A DNA stretch of 56,303 nucleotides from an uncultured Aurantimicrobium sp. Lineage in GTDB: Bacteria > Actinomycetota > Actinomycetes > Actinomycetales > Microbacteriaceae. Position numbers and translations under genes: made by a program. Below are positions 1-8,181 of the stretch, in pieces; the first letter of the stretch is position 1, and every line of letters begins with the position of its first letter. The notes under the pieces are model-generated. The model had not been told where the DNA came from and searched no databases. It saw only the letters and a list, made by a program, of their open reading frames with translations. The DNA is taken from NCBI RefSeq assembly GCF_936931525.1, contig NZ_CAKZII010000081.1:1-56303 (forward strand), in the 5' to 3' direction.

Positions 1-1478
1 GCTGAAGTTCCATCCGGAGATATCTGAACAATCGATTCGTTTCCTGTTTGGGTATTTCCAACATAGAGATTGCCTGAAGCATCAAATGCCATTGCTGTAG
101 CTGCTGGAGAAAGCAATAAATTCGAGGCGCTAAATAAAGTGGTGGAGCAGGTTCCAAAGCCCGCTGGACTGAGCTTCCTGATTGTGTTTCCCGAGGGGAA
201 ATACATGTTTCCTTCGGCATCAAAGGTACCGATACTCGCACAGTTTGAAGGACTAAAGACAGGAACAGGCATCACTGATGCGGTGTAGGGATTTCTGCTC
301 ATCAGGGGACTACACGAATTCGATCCGAGCCACGTACTTGTTGAGCAATATGAAGCCCATGAGGACACCGGGCCAAACCTCACGGTAGTAAAGCTGCCCT
401 CAGGAATCGAGTAATCGGAAGTTCCAAAATTGTTAGTCGCGTTGACTCGAAAAATGTAACCCCTCGCCATTGTGAGGCCGGTAACCGTGCAGGTCAATTG
501 GGACGTATTTACACAGTTTGGGATCGGGTTGTAGGTAATTCCATCTATGGATGAGAAAACCGAGTATGTATTTGCGCCCATCCCTGAAATTTCAGTACTC
601 GCTGCCCATGTAACTACTGATTGGGTGTTAGCCCCAGAGGTTGCCTGAACTGTTGTTGGGGGTCTAGGCAAACTGGTGGAAAAAGGGGAATCTGAGCTAC
701 TGGTTGGAGTTCCGACAGTCATGGGGACTGCTGGCAATGCCGAACTATCTACTAAATAGGATGGCCCTGTTGCAGTATTCAACAACAAAGATGTCGCTGG
801 CTCCCTGACGAGAGGTGTTGTGCTTGGAGTGAAGCTGGACGTGTACAACGCGGACTTTGTAATCCTGACGTTACTCAGGCGGCCAAAGAAAAAATTTCCG
901 TCTCCACTCGTACTATTTCCACCGCCAATTTCCAGCGGAGTTGAAGTTGCAATTGCAGGGGTTCCGGCGTTAATGCCGGTAGTGGCAATTTGTGTGCCGT
1001 CGGAGTAAACCTTGATGGAGGTACCTGAACGTACTATGGCGAGATGATGCCACCCTTTTTCTGCTGGCTGTGCAAAAAGAAAGTTGGCCAATTGGCCAGT
1101 TGTAGATTTTTGGATGAAGTTGAATCGAAAGTGGTCATAGCTCGAAAGAAGGAACTCTTGTTTTGATGAGTTGCCCGTCACCCACCGACCCAAAATGTCG
1201 CTGACTGGCTTGATCGAATAATTTATCCACATTTCGATGGTGTAATCCCCTGTGCCGATAGACGCGTTATCTGAAGACGGGATAGATATTCGACTATTTC
1301 CATCGAAATTTATGCTGCCAGGATCACCATCTAGAGCAACAGCAGATTGGCTTCCAACGCCAAATACCGGTTGCAGAGTGGACACGGTCAATGCAACTAC
1401 AAGCATCCACGCAAGAAGAAACAACCGAGATGGTCGAAACTGTCGCTTGCTGGGCGATATCTGTAGTGAGGTATTCAT
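1..1478 (-). CDS. Secreted LamG/ConA-like + fibronectin type III + NHL-like repeat protein (3' end runs off the window)
   Basis: Not in the ORF track. Manual translation from ATG 1478 gives MNTSLQISPSKRQFRPSRLFLLAWMLVVALTVSTLQPVFGVGSQSAVA (signal-peptide-like), then DYTIEMWIN...WHHLAIVRSGTSIKVYSDG...FFGRLSNVRITK (LamG), PRPPTTVQATSG...VVTW...VTGLTMARGYIFRVNATN (FN3) and TFDAEGNMYF / MAFDASGNLYV (NHL-like). No stop was found before base 1. Confidence 0.85.
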   Translation of the reverse strand, partial: MNTSLQISPSKRQFRPSRLFLLAWMLVVALTVSTLQPVFGVGSQSAVALDGDPGSINFDGNSRISIPSSDNASIGTGDYTIEMWINYSIKPVSDILGRWVTGNSSKQEFLLSSYDHFRFNFIQKSTTGQLANFLFAQPAEKGWHHLAIVRSGTSIKVYSDGTQIATTGINAGTPAIATSTPLEIGGGNSTSGDGNFFFGRLSNVRITKSALYTSSFTPSTTPLVREPATSLLLNTATGPSYLVDSSALPAVPMTVGTPTSSSDSPFSTSLPRPPTTVQATSGANTQSVVTWAASTEISGMGANTYSVFSSIDGITYNPIPNCVNTSQLTCTVTGLTMARGYIFRVNATNNFGTSDYSIPEGSFTTVRFGPVSSWASYCSTSTWLGSNSCSPLMSRNPYTASVMPVPVFSPSNCASIGTFDAEGNMYFPSGNTIRKLSPAGFGTCSTTLFSASNLLLSPAATAMAFDASGNLYVGNTQTGNESIVQISPDGTS

Positions 1479-1484
1479 AATTGA

Positions 1485-1507
1485 ATATCGTAGTCTTACT
1501 TCGATAT
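1485..1507. promoter_or_regulatory. Imperfect 23-bp palindrome, candidate TetR operator
   Basis: ATATCG-t-AGT-ctt-ACT-t-CGATAT in the AT-rich gap between the divergent surface-protein and TetR genes. Confidence 0.5.
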
Positions 1508-1562
1508 AGAAAGATAATTAGTTTATTAATATTCGATTACGACTTTCAGATAAATTGAACTC

Positions 1563-2225
1563 ATGGGAGACAGCGATATGACCGTTACAGCCGCTCCCAT
1601 CGGGGGCCGAAAGAGTGCCTACGTGGCCCGCAACCGCCTTGCCTTATTGCGCGCGGCCCAACGAGCCGTTGCCGAGTACGGACACAACGCCACAATTGAG
1701 CAGATCGCTGAAGAAGCTGAGATGTCTGTCAGCACCGTCTACAAGCACTTCGACAATAAAGAGCTCCTCATCTCGGAGGCTTTTCTCTCTGGCTACAAAG
1801 AGTGGGAGGAATGGGCAGTTGACCAAGCGTCTGCATGCACAGACCCGCTCGAGCAACTCATTCTCCCCATGCGACTTTTCGTGCGAACCGGGGAAACACA
1901 TCCCCTGTTCAGCCGAATGTCTGCGCAGTACCCCTCAATCGTGCTCGAGTTGATCCCCCAGGCATCTCAAGGGCTTTTGGGAAGATTCGGGTCTGAGTCA
2001 GAGAGTGCTTTCCCCGCGCTCGACGATATGGAAATCCGGGTGGGTAACGTGACTAATTGCGCAGCTATCGCCTTTATTCGCAGGGCGACAGACTCTACAT
2101 TTACCGCAGAGCAAGCTGACAGAACAATTGGCATTGCCCTGAAGATGTTCAACATTCCACCTGAGCTCGTTCGAGCTGTATTGGATAGGCCACTCCCACC
2201 ACTGAGTGTGGTCAGAGCACTCTAA
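1563..2225 (+). CDS. TetR/AcrR family transcriptional regulator
   Basis: N-terminal HTH ATIEQIAEEAEMSVSTVYKHFDNKELL. TAAATT lies 6 nt before the ATG, suggesting a leaderless start. Confidence 0.92.
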   Translation: MGDSDMTVTAAPIGGRKSAYVARNRLALLRAAQRAVAEYGHNATIEQIAEEAEMSVSTVYKHFDNKELLISEAFLSGYKEWEEWAVDQASACTDPLEQLILPMRLFVRTGETHPLFSRMSAQYPSIVLELIPQASQGLLGRFGSESESAFPALDDMEIRVGNVTNCAAIAFIRRATDSTFTAEQADRTIGIALKMFNIPPELVRAVLDRPLPPLSVVRAL

Positions 2226-3299
2226 CTACACATTGAAGCGGAACTCGACTACGTCGCCATCTTGCATGACGTAGTCCTTACCTTCCATGCGGGCCTTGCC
2301 CTTGGCACGTGCTTCTGCAACAGAACCGGTGTCAACCAGGTCCTGGAAGGAAATGATTTCTGCCTTGATAAAGCCACGCTCGAAGTCAGTGTGGATCACA
2401 CCTGCTGCTTGCGGAGCCTTCCAGCCCTTACCAATGGTCCAGGCGCGTGCTTCCTTAGGACCTGCGGTGAGGTAGGTCTGAAGGCCGAGAGTGTCAAAGC
2501 CAATACGAGCGAGCTGGTCAAGACCGGACTCATCTTGGCCGGTCGAAGCCAGCAACTCAGCAGCATCCGCTGCATCAAGGTCAATCAGCTCTGATTCGAG
2601 CTTGGCGTCCAGGAGAACTGCTTTGGCAGGCGCCACGAGAGCTTCGAGCTCCTTGCGCTTAGCTTCATCACCCAGGACATCCTCATCCACGTTGAACACA
2701 TAGATAAAGGGCTTAGCAGTGAGGAGACCCAGTTCCTTGATGGGGGTGAGGTCAATGGAGGTGGATGACAAAGGCTTGCCATCGTTGAGCACCTTCTGTG
2801 CTTCCAGTGCAGTCTCGAGAGCGATGGGCTCTGCCTTCTTGCCCTTGACTTCCTTCTCAATACGAGGAACAGCCTTCTCCAGAGTCTGGAGGTCAGCCAA
2901 GATCAGCTCGGTGTTGATGGTGTCCATGTCAGAGGCAGGGTTGACCTTGCCATCAACGTGAACAACGTCAGGGTCAGAGAATCCGCGAACAACCTGTGCA
3001 ATAGCGTCAGCTTCACGGATGTTGGCCAAGAACTTGTTACCGAGGCCTTCACCTTCGGAAGCACCCTTCACAATGCCGGCAATGTCGACGAACGACACTG
3101 CTGCAGGCAGCAGACGTTCGGAGCCGAAGATGCCAGCGAGAATGCCGAGGCGCTCATCGGGGAGGTTGACGACTCCCACGTTGGGCTCAATCGTGGCGAA
3201 CGGATAGTTCGCTGCGAGAACGGTGCTCTTGGTCAGAGCGTTGAACAGGGTTGACTTGCCGACATTGGGCAGTCCCACGATTGCGATAGTTAGAGCCAC
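2226..3299 (-). CDS. ychF: Redox-regulated ATPase YchF (Obg family)
   Basis: GLPNVGKST P-loop, ANYPFATIEPN, DIAG, C-terminal TGS domain ending GDVVEFRFNV. GTG 3299 gives 357 aa and has TACGAT just upstream. Confidence 0.97.
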   Translation of the reverse strand: MALTIAIVGLPNVGKSTLFNALTKSTVLAANYPFATIEPNVGVVNLPDERLGILAGIFGSERLLPAAVSFVDIAGIVKGASEGEGLGNKFLANIREADAIAQVVRGFSDPDVVHVDGKVNPASDMDTINTELILADLQTLEKAVPRIEKEVKGKKAEPIALETALEAQKVLNDGKPLSSTSIDLTPIKELGLLTAKPFIYVFNVDEDVLGDEAKRKELEALVAPAKAVLLDAKLESELIDLDAADAAELLASTGQDESGLDQLARIGFDTLGLQTYLTAGPKEARAWTIGKGWKAPQAAGVIHTDFERGFIKAEIISFQDLVDTGSVAEARAKGKARMEGKDYVMQDGDVVEFRFNV

Positions 3300-3348
3300 A
3301 AGGGTTAATCGTACCGGTTTGGTTATCCACACTCTTGCCAATACGAGG

Positions 3349-3362
3349 TGTTACATGTAACA
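3349..3362. promoter_or_regulatory. Perfect 14-bp palindrome, likely autoregulatory operator of the TA operon
   Basis: TGTTACATGTAACA immediately upstream of the antitoxin ATG 3372 and downstream of a TTGCCA -35-like hexamer (3335-3340). Confidence 0.65.
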
Positions 3363-3371
3363 ATTTCAGGT

Positions 3372-3584
3372 ATGTCTAGTCGCATGAGAGTTGCACAACA
3401 CCGCAAGCAGATGAAAGAGGATGGCTACCGCCTACTCCAAATCTGGGTACCCGACCGGGCAAATGATAAATACCTCGCCGACATGAAGCGCGAATGCGCC
3501 AGCATCAACAAAGCTGACGAGCAAGACGACATCATGGAATGGCTTGAGGACCAGTCAAGCTGGATTTGGGATGAAACAGAGTGA
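3372..3584 (+). CDS. MazE-like antitoxin (DUF3018-type)
   Basis: 70 aa with RVAQHRKQMKEDGYRLLQIWVPD pattern and acidic C-terminus. Its stop overlaps the toxin start (GTGA). Confidence 0.85.
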   Translation: MSSRMRVAQHRKQMKEDGYRLLQIWVPDRANDKYLADMKRECASINKADEQDDIMEWLEDQSSWIWDETE

Positions 3585-3913
3585 GACGCGGAGAAATCTG
3601 GGTCATTGCAGGCGGGAATTACGCAGGTAAACCGCGACCAGGGATCATCATTCAAGATGACAGTCTGCATGAATTACACAGCGTGACCGTCATTCCGCTT
3701 ACTACTCAAGAAAGCGATATTGGCCGGATTAGAGTTGCCATTTCCATTGAAACCCCAGATGGCCCACCGATAAATAGCTTTGCCCAAGTGGACAAGATTA
3801 TGACGGTGAAAGCAGCCAATGTCTCGAAACGAATTGGCTCACTCAGCCTGCCTGAAATCAGGGCAGTTGAGAAATCACTTCTCAACCATCTAGGAATTGG
3901 TTCCGCGCGCTAA
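3581..3913 (+). CDS. mazF: PemK/MazF family toxin (mRNA interferase)
   Basis: MRRGEIW...GKPRPGIIIQDD...VTVIPLTT...AQVDKIMTV...RIGSL, the typical PemK/MazF signature, 110 aa. Confidence 0.92.
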   Translation: MRRGEIWVIAGGNYAGKPRPGIIIQDDSLHELHSVTVIPLTTQESDIGRIRVAISIETPDGPPINSFAQVDKIMTVKAANVSKRIGSLSLPEIRAVEKSLLNHLGIGSAR

Positions 3914-4311
3914 CTGGTGGGAATGCGGTCTCGCTCCATGGTGGCCCCGGTATAACCGTGAGGCATGGGCTTGCCATCTTCACCTAAGCCCACAAATACT
4001 ATGTGGTCCACCGTAAGGATGGACTTCCGAGTAATCATGTTCCGAACCTCAGCCCGCATGGTGATGGAGGTTGTGCCGAACTTGGTGGCCACGAGACCCA
4101 TCTCAATGAGGTCACCCTCAATGGCCGAAGCTACAAAGTTAATCTCAGAAATGATCTTGGTCACCACACGGCGATTACCCAGCTGCAAGATGGCATAGAT
4201 CGTGGCTTCTTCATCAATCCACTTGAGCAGAGAGCCACCAAAGAGCGTGCCATTGGCATTGAGATCTTCGGGGCGCACCCATTTGCGGGTGGTGAACTCA
4301 ATCTGTTCCAT
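3910..4311 (-). CDS. Acyl-CoA thioesterase (HotDog fold)
   Basis: DLNANGTLFGGSLLKWIDE motif, 133 aa. Confidence 0.9.
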   Translation of the reverse strand: MEQIEFTTRKWVRPEDLNANGTLFGGSLLKWIDEEATIYAILQLGNRRVVTKIISEINFVASAIEGDLIEMGLVATKFGTTSITMRAEVRNMITRKSILTVDHIVFVGLGEDGKPMPHGYTGATMERDRIPTS

Positions 4312-4399
4312 CTGACGACCTCGCTGTTGTCTGACATGACGATATAAATGGTGTGAAATATCGGTCTAATTTCACTAATTCTACCGTTCTGTGGTGCTA

Positions 4400-4411
4400 A
4401 TGTCATGACAT
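4400..4411. promoter_or_regulatory. IolR-type operator (GntR autoregulation)
   Basis: Perfect palindrome ATGTCATGACAT, matching the KGWCHTRACA consensus reported for Corynebacterium glutamicum IolR. Confidence 0.7.
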
Positions 4412-4457
4412 GGTGTCAAAGATGACGCCATGTAAGCACGATGAATAGGAACACACC

Positions 4458-5219
4458 ATGAATCCCACCGAGCAAATTCTGCCTCTGTCGTTATTTATGG
4501 ATCTGGAACGCACCGGCCCCATCCCTCTCTACTTCCAGGTGGCAACCCGTATTGAGAAGTCGATTCTAGATGGCACTCTCCCCGCAGGTTCGCGCTTGGA
4601 AAACGAAGTTGCCCTCGGCGAGCGCCTAGGCCTCAGCCGCCCCACGATTCGTCGCGCAATTCAAGATCTTGTGGACAAGGGACTTCTTGTTCGTCGACGT
4701 GGCATTGGTACGCAAGTTGTGCACGGGCAGGTCACCCGAGGCGTTGAACTCACCAGCTTGAACGATGACCTCAATCGAACAGGTCAGAAGCCCTCCACCA
4801 CGATGCTGACCTGCGAGGTCATTGCCGCCGACGCCAAGATTGCTGAAGAACTCGCCGTTGCCGTCGGTGCACCCACTCTTCACCTCAAGCGCGTTCGTAA
4901 AGCAGACAACGTTCCCGTTTCTGTGCTCGAAAACTGGCTCCCTGAAGACTTCACTGACTTGAACCCTGCAGATATCGCCGAGCACGGTCTCTATGCCGTC
5001 CTGCGCTCACGTGGTGTCACCATGCGCGTAGCAAAGCAGCGTATTGGTGCACGAAAGTCCACCAATCAGGAAAGTGATCTACTGGATGTTGAGAAGCACG
5101 CAGCCTTGCTAACCATGGACCGCACAGCTTTTGATAACTCTGGCCGTGCTGTTGAGTTTGGTCACCACTGCTACCGCCCAGACCTCTACTCCTTCTCGGT
5201 CACCTTGGTGGAGAAGTAA
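4458..5219 (+). CDS. iolR: GntR family (HutC/UTRA) regulator, probable inositol repressor
   Basis: GntR wHTH (PLYFQVA...LGLSRPTIRRAIQDL) plus UTRA domain. Matching operator boxes lie in front of this gene and of the iol operons. Confidence 0.8.
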   Translation: MNPTEQILPLSLFMDLERTGPIPLYFQVATRIEKSILDGTLPAGSRLENEVALGERLGLSRPTIRRAIQDLVDKGLLVRRRGIGTQVVHGQVTRGVELTSLNDDLNRTGQKPSTTMLTCEVIAADAKIAEELAVAVGAPTLHLKRVRKADNVPVSVLENWLPEDFTDLNPADIAEHGLYAVLRSRGVTMRVAKQRIGARKSTNQESDLLDVEKHAALLTMDRTAFDNSGRAVEFGHHCYRPDLYSFSVTLVEK

Positions 5220-5222
5220 GCC

Positions 5223-5441
5223 TTAGAGCTCTAATTGCACGGTGTCCGCAAAGGCAAAGTGCCACCCGAACCACCACCAGGCAGCAATCACGCCGATTCG
5301 AGTCGTGCGTGAAGTCATCACGTGTTCGAGCATGTCCCCGATGGGGGCAAAGTTGTTGGGCTTGCGTTGTGCATAGATCTCGCTGAATATGGCCACAGCC
5401 ACCACCACGAGGTAACCCGCAATCACAATTGTGCGAATCAT
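5223..5441 (-). CDS. Small Trp-rich membrane protein (DUF6186-like)
   Basis: 72 aa from ATG 5441, which overlaps the upstream stop (ATGA). Two hydrophobic segments and C-terminal WWWFGWHF. Confidence 0.75.
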   Translation of the reverse strand: MIRTIVIAGYLVVVAVAIFSEIYAQRKPNNFAPIGDMLEHVMTSRTTRIGVIAAWWWFGWHFAFADTVQLEL

Positions 5442-6028
5442 GAGCGCCTCCAGAACCTGAGCAGGCCATAGCCTGCAGCTAGCCAGAGGCCCACGAACAC
5501 AAGCCTGCCCCACACGTTCTCCACGAAAGGGTCGAAGAGAACGGAAATAGTGGGGTAGTTCTCGTTTCCGCCGGGCATGGTCACGCTAAGCACAAAGGCA
5601 GCAGCTTCCCACACACAGATAGCCACTGCGAGCATGGACCACATCCACATGGAGCGAAGTAATGCTGCGTGAGGCCGCTGCTCGCGGTCGGGAGCAGGTT
5701 CCCAGGCCACTAACAGCACCGTGACACCAATGGCAACGAATACTGCTAAATCGACCCAACTGTGACGGGGTGCCAAGACCAAGACCACCCCTAATGTTCC
5801 CGTGACGGCTAGGGTGAGAATCTTGGGCGCAGAAATCGTCTTTTTGATGATGATGAGGCGACCACCGGTCAGGCGGTCAAGAATAAGCATCGCAACGAGT
5901 GAGAAAAACAGGATGCCGTCCACATAGGCACCGCGCCAGGTTTGAAACCCGGCCATGATGCCCAGAATGCTAATCCACAACACAGCGGACACACTCCATT
6001 GTGGAACTACACGTTCTGAGATGCTCAT
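5438..6028 (-). CDS. Hypothetical integral membrane protein
   Basis: 196 aa with about six hydrophobic helices, translationally coupled to the downstream gene. Confidence 0.8.
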   Translation of the reverse strand: MSISERVVPQWSVSAVLWISILGIMAGFQTWRGAYVDGILFFSLVAMLILDRLTGGRLIIIKKTISAPKILTLAVTGTLGVVLVLAPRHSWVDLAVFVAIGVTVLLVAWEPAPDREQRPHAALLRSMWMWSMLAVAICVWEAAAFVLSVTMPGGNENYPTISVLFDPFVENVWGRLVFVGLWLAAGYGLLRFWRRS

Positions 6029-6037
6029 TCTCTGAGC

Positions 6038-6166
6038 TTATTCGTCCTTGTTTTTCTTCTTGTTGAGGACGTACCACGCGCCAACAATGAGGATTCCAAC
6101 ACCAAACAAGATGATGCTGCCTGGCGTGCCATCCATGGGCAACAAACCGTCGAGTGGATCAATCAT
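6038..6166 (-). CDS. Unannotated 42-aa single-TM micropeptide
   Basis: MIDPLDGLLPMDGTPGSIILFGVGILIVGAWYVLNKKKNKDE*. AGAAAG SD-like sequence upstream. Stop lies 9 nt before the next ATG. Too short for the ORF track. Confidence 0.65.
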   Translation of the reverse strand: MIDPLDGLLPMDGTPGSIILFGVGILIVGAWYVLNKKKNKDE

Positions 6167-6183
6167 GAGGGCGATCTTTCTGT

Positions 6184-6229
6184 AAAGAAAAAGGTAGGCG
6201 CCCTATCCGCGAAGGTTAGGACGCCCACC
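6184..6229 (-). terminator. Intrinsic terminator after the sugar ABC operon
   Basis: Minus-strand GGUGGGCGUCCUAACC-UUCGC-GGAUAGGGCGCCUACC hairpin followed by UUUUUCUUU. Confidence 0.7.
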
Positions 6230-6260
6230 AATTATCCCAAGGACTGGGAGTTGAATTGCG

Positions 6261-7064
6261 TTAGTTGATGGTTGGAATAGTTCCCGTCAGCAACGCGAGT
6301 TCTGCTTCGAGCTCGTGCATAGCTTCACCACCGGCCATCAGGTCAGTGATCTGCTCGCGGGTGCGCTCACCCTTAGCAAAGTCATCTGCCTTCTCACCAC
6401 GAATGAGAACTGCGAAGTGGTCTCCCACCGTCATTGCGTGAGCAACGGAGTGGGTAACGAGAACTACAGCAACACCGCGGTGCTTAGCCTGCATGATGAT
6501 ACGAAGTACGTGTGCAGCTTCCTTCACACCGAGTGCAGCAGTTGGCTCATCGAGGATGAGAACGTTTGCACCGAAGTACACAGCGCGAGCGATAGCCGAA
6601 GCCTGACGCTCACCACCGGAAAGGCTACCAACAAGACGGTCACCATCGGTGATGCGGGTAAGGCCGAGGCCCTGCATCTCGGTAACAGCAACGTCGTTTG
6701 CGAACTTCTTGTCGAAGCGGCGGAATGGACCCCAACCCTTCATTGGCTCTGCACCAACGAAGAAGGAACGGCCGATGGTCATCAGCGGGAAGGTTCCACC
6801 GAACTGGTGAACCGTCGCGATACCTCGTGCGCTTGCATCCTTAGGGGACTTGAAAACAACCTCTTGGCCATCCATCTCGATCTTTCCCGAGGTTGGCTCG
6901 TGGAAACCGGAGAGGATTTTGATGAGAGTCGACTTACCAGCACCGTTATCTCCAAGGAGACACAGAACCTGGCCCGCGTAGACGTTGAGTGAAACGTCAA
7001 CCAAAGCTTTGTTTCCGGGGTAGATCTTGGAAACGTGCTTGAGGGAAAGAATTGGCTTAGTCAT
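6261..7064 (-). CDS. Sugar ABC transporter ATP-binding protein (single domain, CUT2 type)
   Basis: GDNGAGKST, LSGGERQ and LILDEPTAALG motifs. Confidence 0.95.
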   Translation of the reverse strand: MTKPILSLKHVSKIYPGNKALVDVSLNVYAGQVLCLLGDNGAGKSTLIKILSGFHEPTSGKIEMDGQEVVFKSPKDASARGIATVHQFGGTFPLMTIGRSFFVGAEPMKGWGPFRRFDKKFANDVAVTEMQGLGLTRITDGDRLVGSLSGGERQASAIARAVYFGANVLILDEPTAALGVKEAAHVLRIIMQAKHRGVAVVLVTHSVAHAMTVGDHFAVLIRGEKADDFAKGERTREQITDLMAGGEAMHELEAELALLTGTIPTIN

Positions 7065-8107
7065 TACTTTTTCCCTTTCTTAGGTCCAGTCGATAAAGCT
7101 AATCGTCTGAATAGGTTGTTGGTCAATACTGCAGCGAGAACGAGGATACCGATGATGAGCGAAGCCCAGTCAGAGTCCCAGGGGGTGTAGTAGATGCCCT
7201 GCTGAACGACAGCAAAAGTGATGGTTCCGAGGATGACACCGAATACAGATCCGTATCCACCGGTAAGGAGAACACCACCGATAACAACAGCGATGATGGC
7301 GTTGAACACGAAGGACTGACCCTTCGATACACCTGCACCGTTATAAGTAATGGTCTGCATCATTCCCACGAATGCAGCGGCGGTACCGCTAGCAACGAAG
7401 AGCCAGATCTTGACCTTACCTACCTGGATACCCTGTGCACGTGCACTGATGGCGTCGCCACCGATTGCGTACACCCAGTTACCAAAGCGTGAGAAGGACT
7501 GAACCCACCAGACCACAATGGCGATGGCGATGGCCCAGAAGATGACGACGGAGAACTTACCGTCAATAAATGTTCCGAACAGCATCTTCGCAACGGGGTC
7601 ACCCTCAACAGCAATGTTTACTGTTCCCGCGAGGGCACGGGTGAGACCGAGGGTTAAACCCATCACGATGTACATCATGGCCAACGTCACGATAAATGAC
7701 GGCAGCCCGGTTCGAACAATGATCCAACCGTTGAGGAAACCGATGATTGCACCGAACAGCACTCCACCAACCATGGCGAGCCACAGTGGGAGACCGAAGG
7801 TGGTTGCCATCAGCGCGGTAACCATGGAGCTACCGGCAATAACGGAACCGACAGAAAGGTCCAGTTCGCCGGCAATCATAATGAGCGACACTGGCAATGC
7901 GACGATGACGAGGTCAGCGAAGATGTTGAGCCAGCTTGCGGCACCGTAGGAGGAGGTGAACTTGTCACCACCGGCGACGGCGAAGAAGAGATAGACGGCG
8001 ATAGCGCCGATCAGGGCGCCCATTTCAGGGCGGCGGGTGAAGGATCGCAGTGCGTCGCCGAGAGTTCGACGCGGCATTGCGAGCTCAGCCTGTTTGGTGG
8101 AAGACAT
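7064..8107 (-). CDS. Sugar ABC transporter permease (RbsC-like), probably inositol/cyclitol
   Basis: GELDLSVGS, LPSFIVTL, AIGGDAISARAQGI and IAAVVIGGVLLTGGYGS motifs. Confidence 0.93.
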   Translation of the reverse strand: MSSTKQAELAMPRRTLGDALRSFTRRPEMGALIGAIAVYLFFAVAGGDKFTSSYGAASWLNIFADLVIVALPVSLIMIAGELDLSVGSVIAGSSMVTALMATTFGLPLWLAMVGGVLFGAIIGFLNGWIIVRTGLPSFIVTLAMMYIVMGLTLGLTRALAGTVNIAVEGDPVAKMLFGTFIDGKFSVVIFWAIAIAIVVWWVQSFSRFGNWVYAIGGDAISARAQGIQVGKVKIWLFVASGTAAAFVGMMQTITYNGAGVSKGQSFVFNAIIAVVIGGVLLTGGYGSVFGVILGTITFAVVQQGIYYTPWDSDWASLIIGILVLAAVLTNNLFRRLALSTGPKKGKK

Positions 8108-8140
8108 AGATTTCCTCGTCCTTGAGAGTGAAAGTTGGGG

Positions 8141-8172
8141 TTGCTACCCCCGGGTTTCCCCGGGGGTAGCAA
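8141..8172 (-). other. Perfect 14-bp intercistronic stem-loop after the SBP gene
   Basis: TTGCTACCCCCGGG-tttc-CCCGGGGGTAGCAA with no clear U-tract, so likely mRNA-stabilising or attenuating. Confidence 0.7.
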
Positions 8173-8181
8173 GGGGTATTA

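Noticed and set aside
1223-1231. Second perfect DnaA box (possible origin?)
   Set aside because: It lies in coding sequence (MWIN codons). There is no box cluster and no dnaA/dnaN context.
70-1509. Plus-strand ORFs 70..288, 820..1008 and 1252..1509
   Set aside because: They are antisense shadows of the long minus-strand LamG-FN3 gene.
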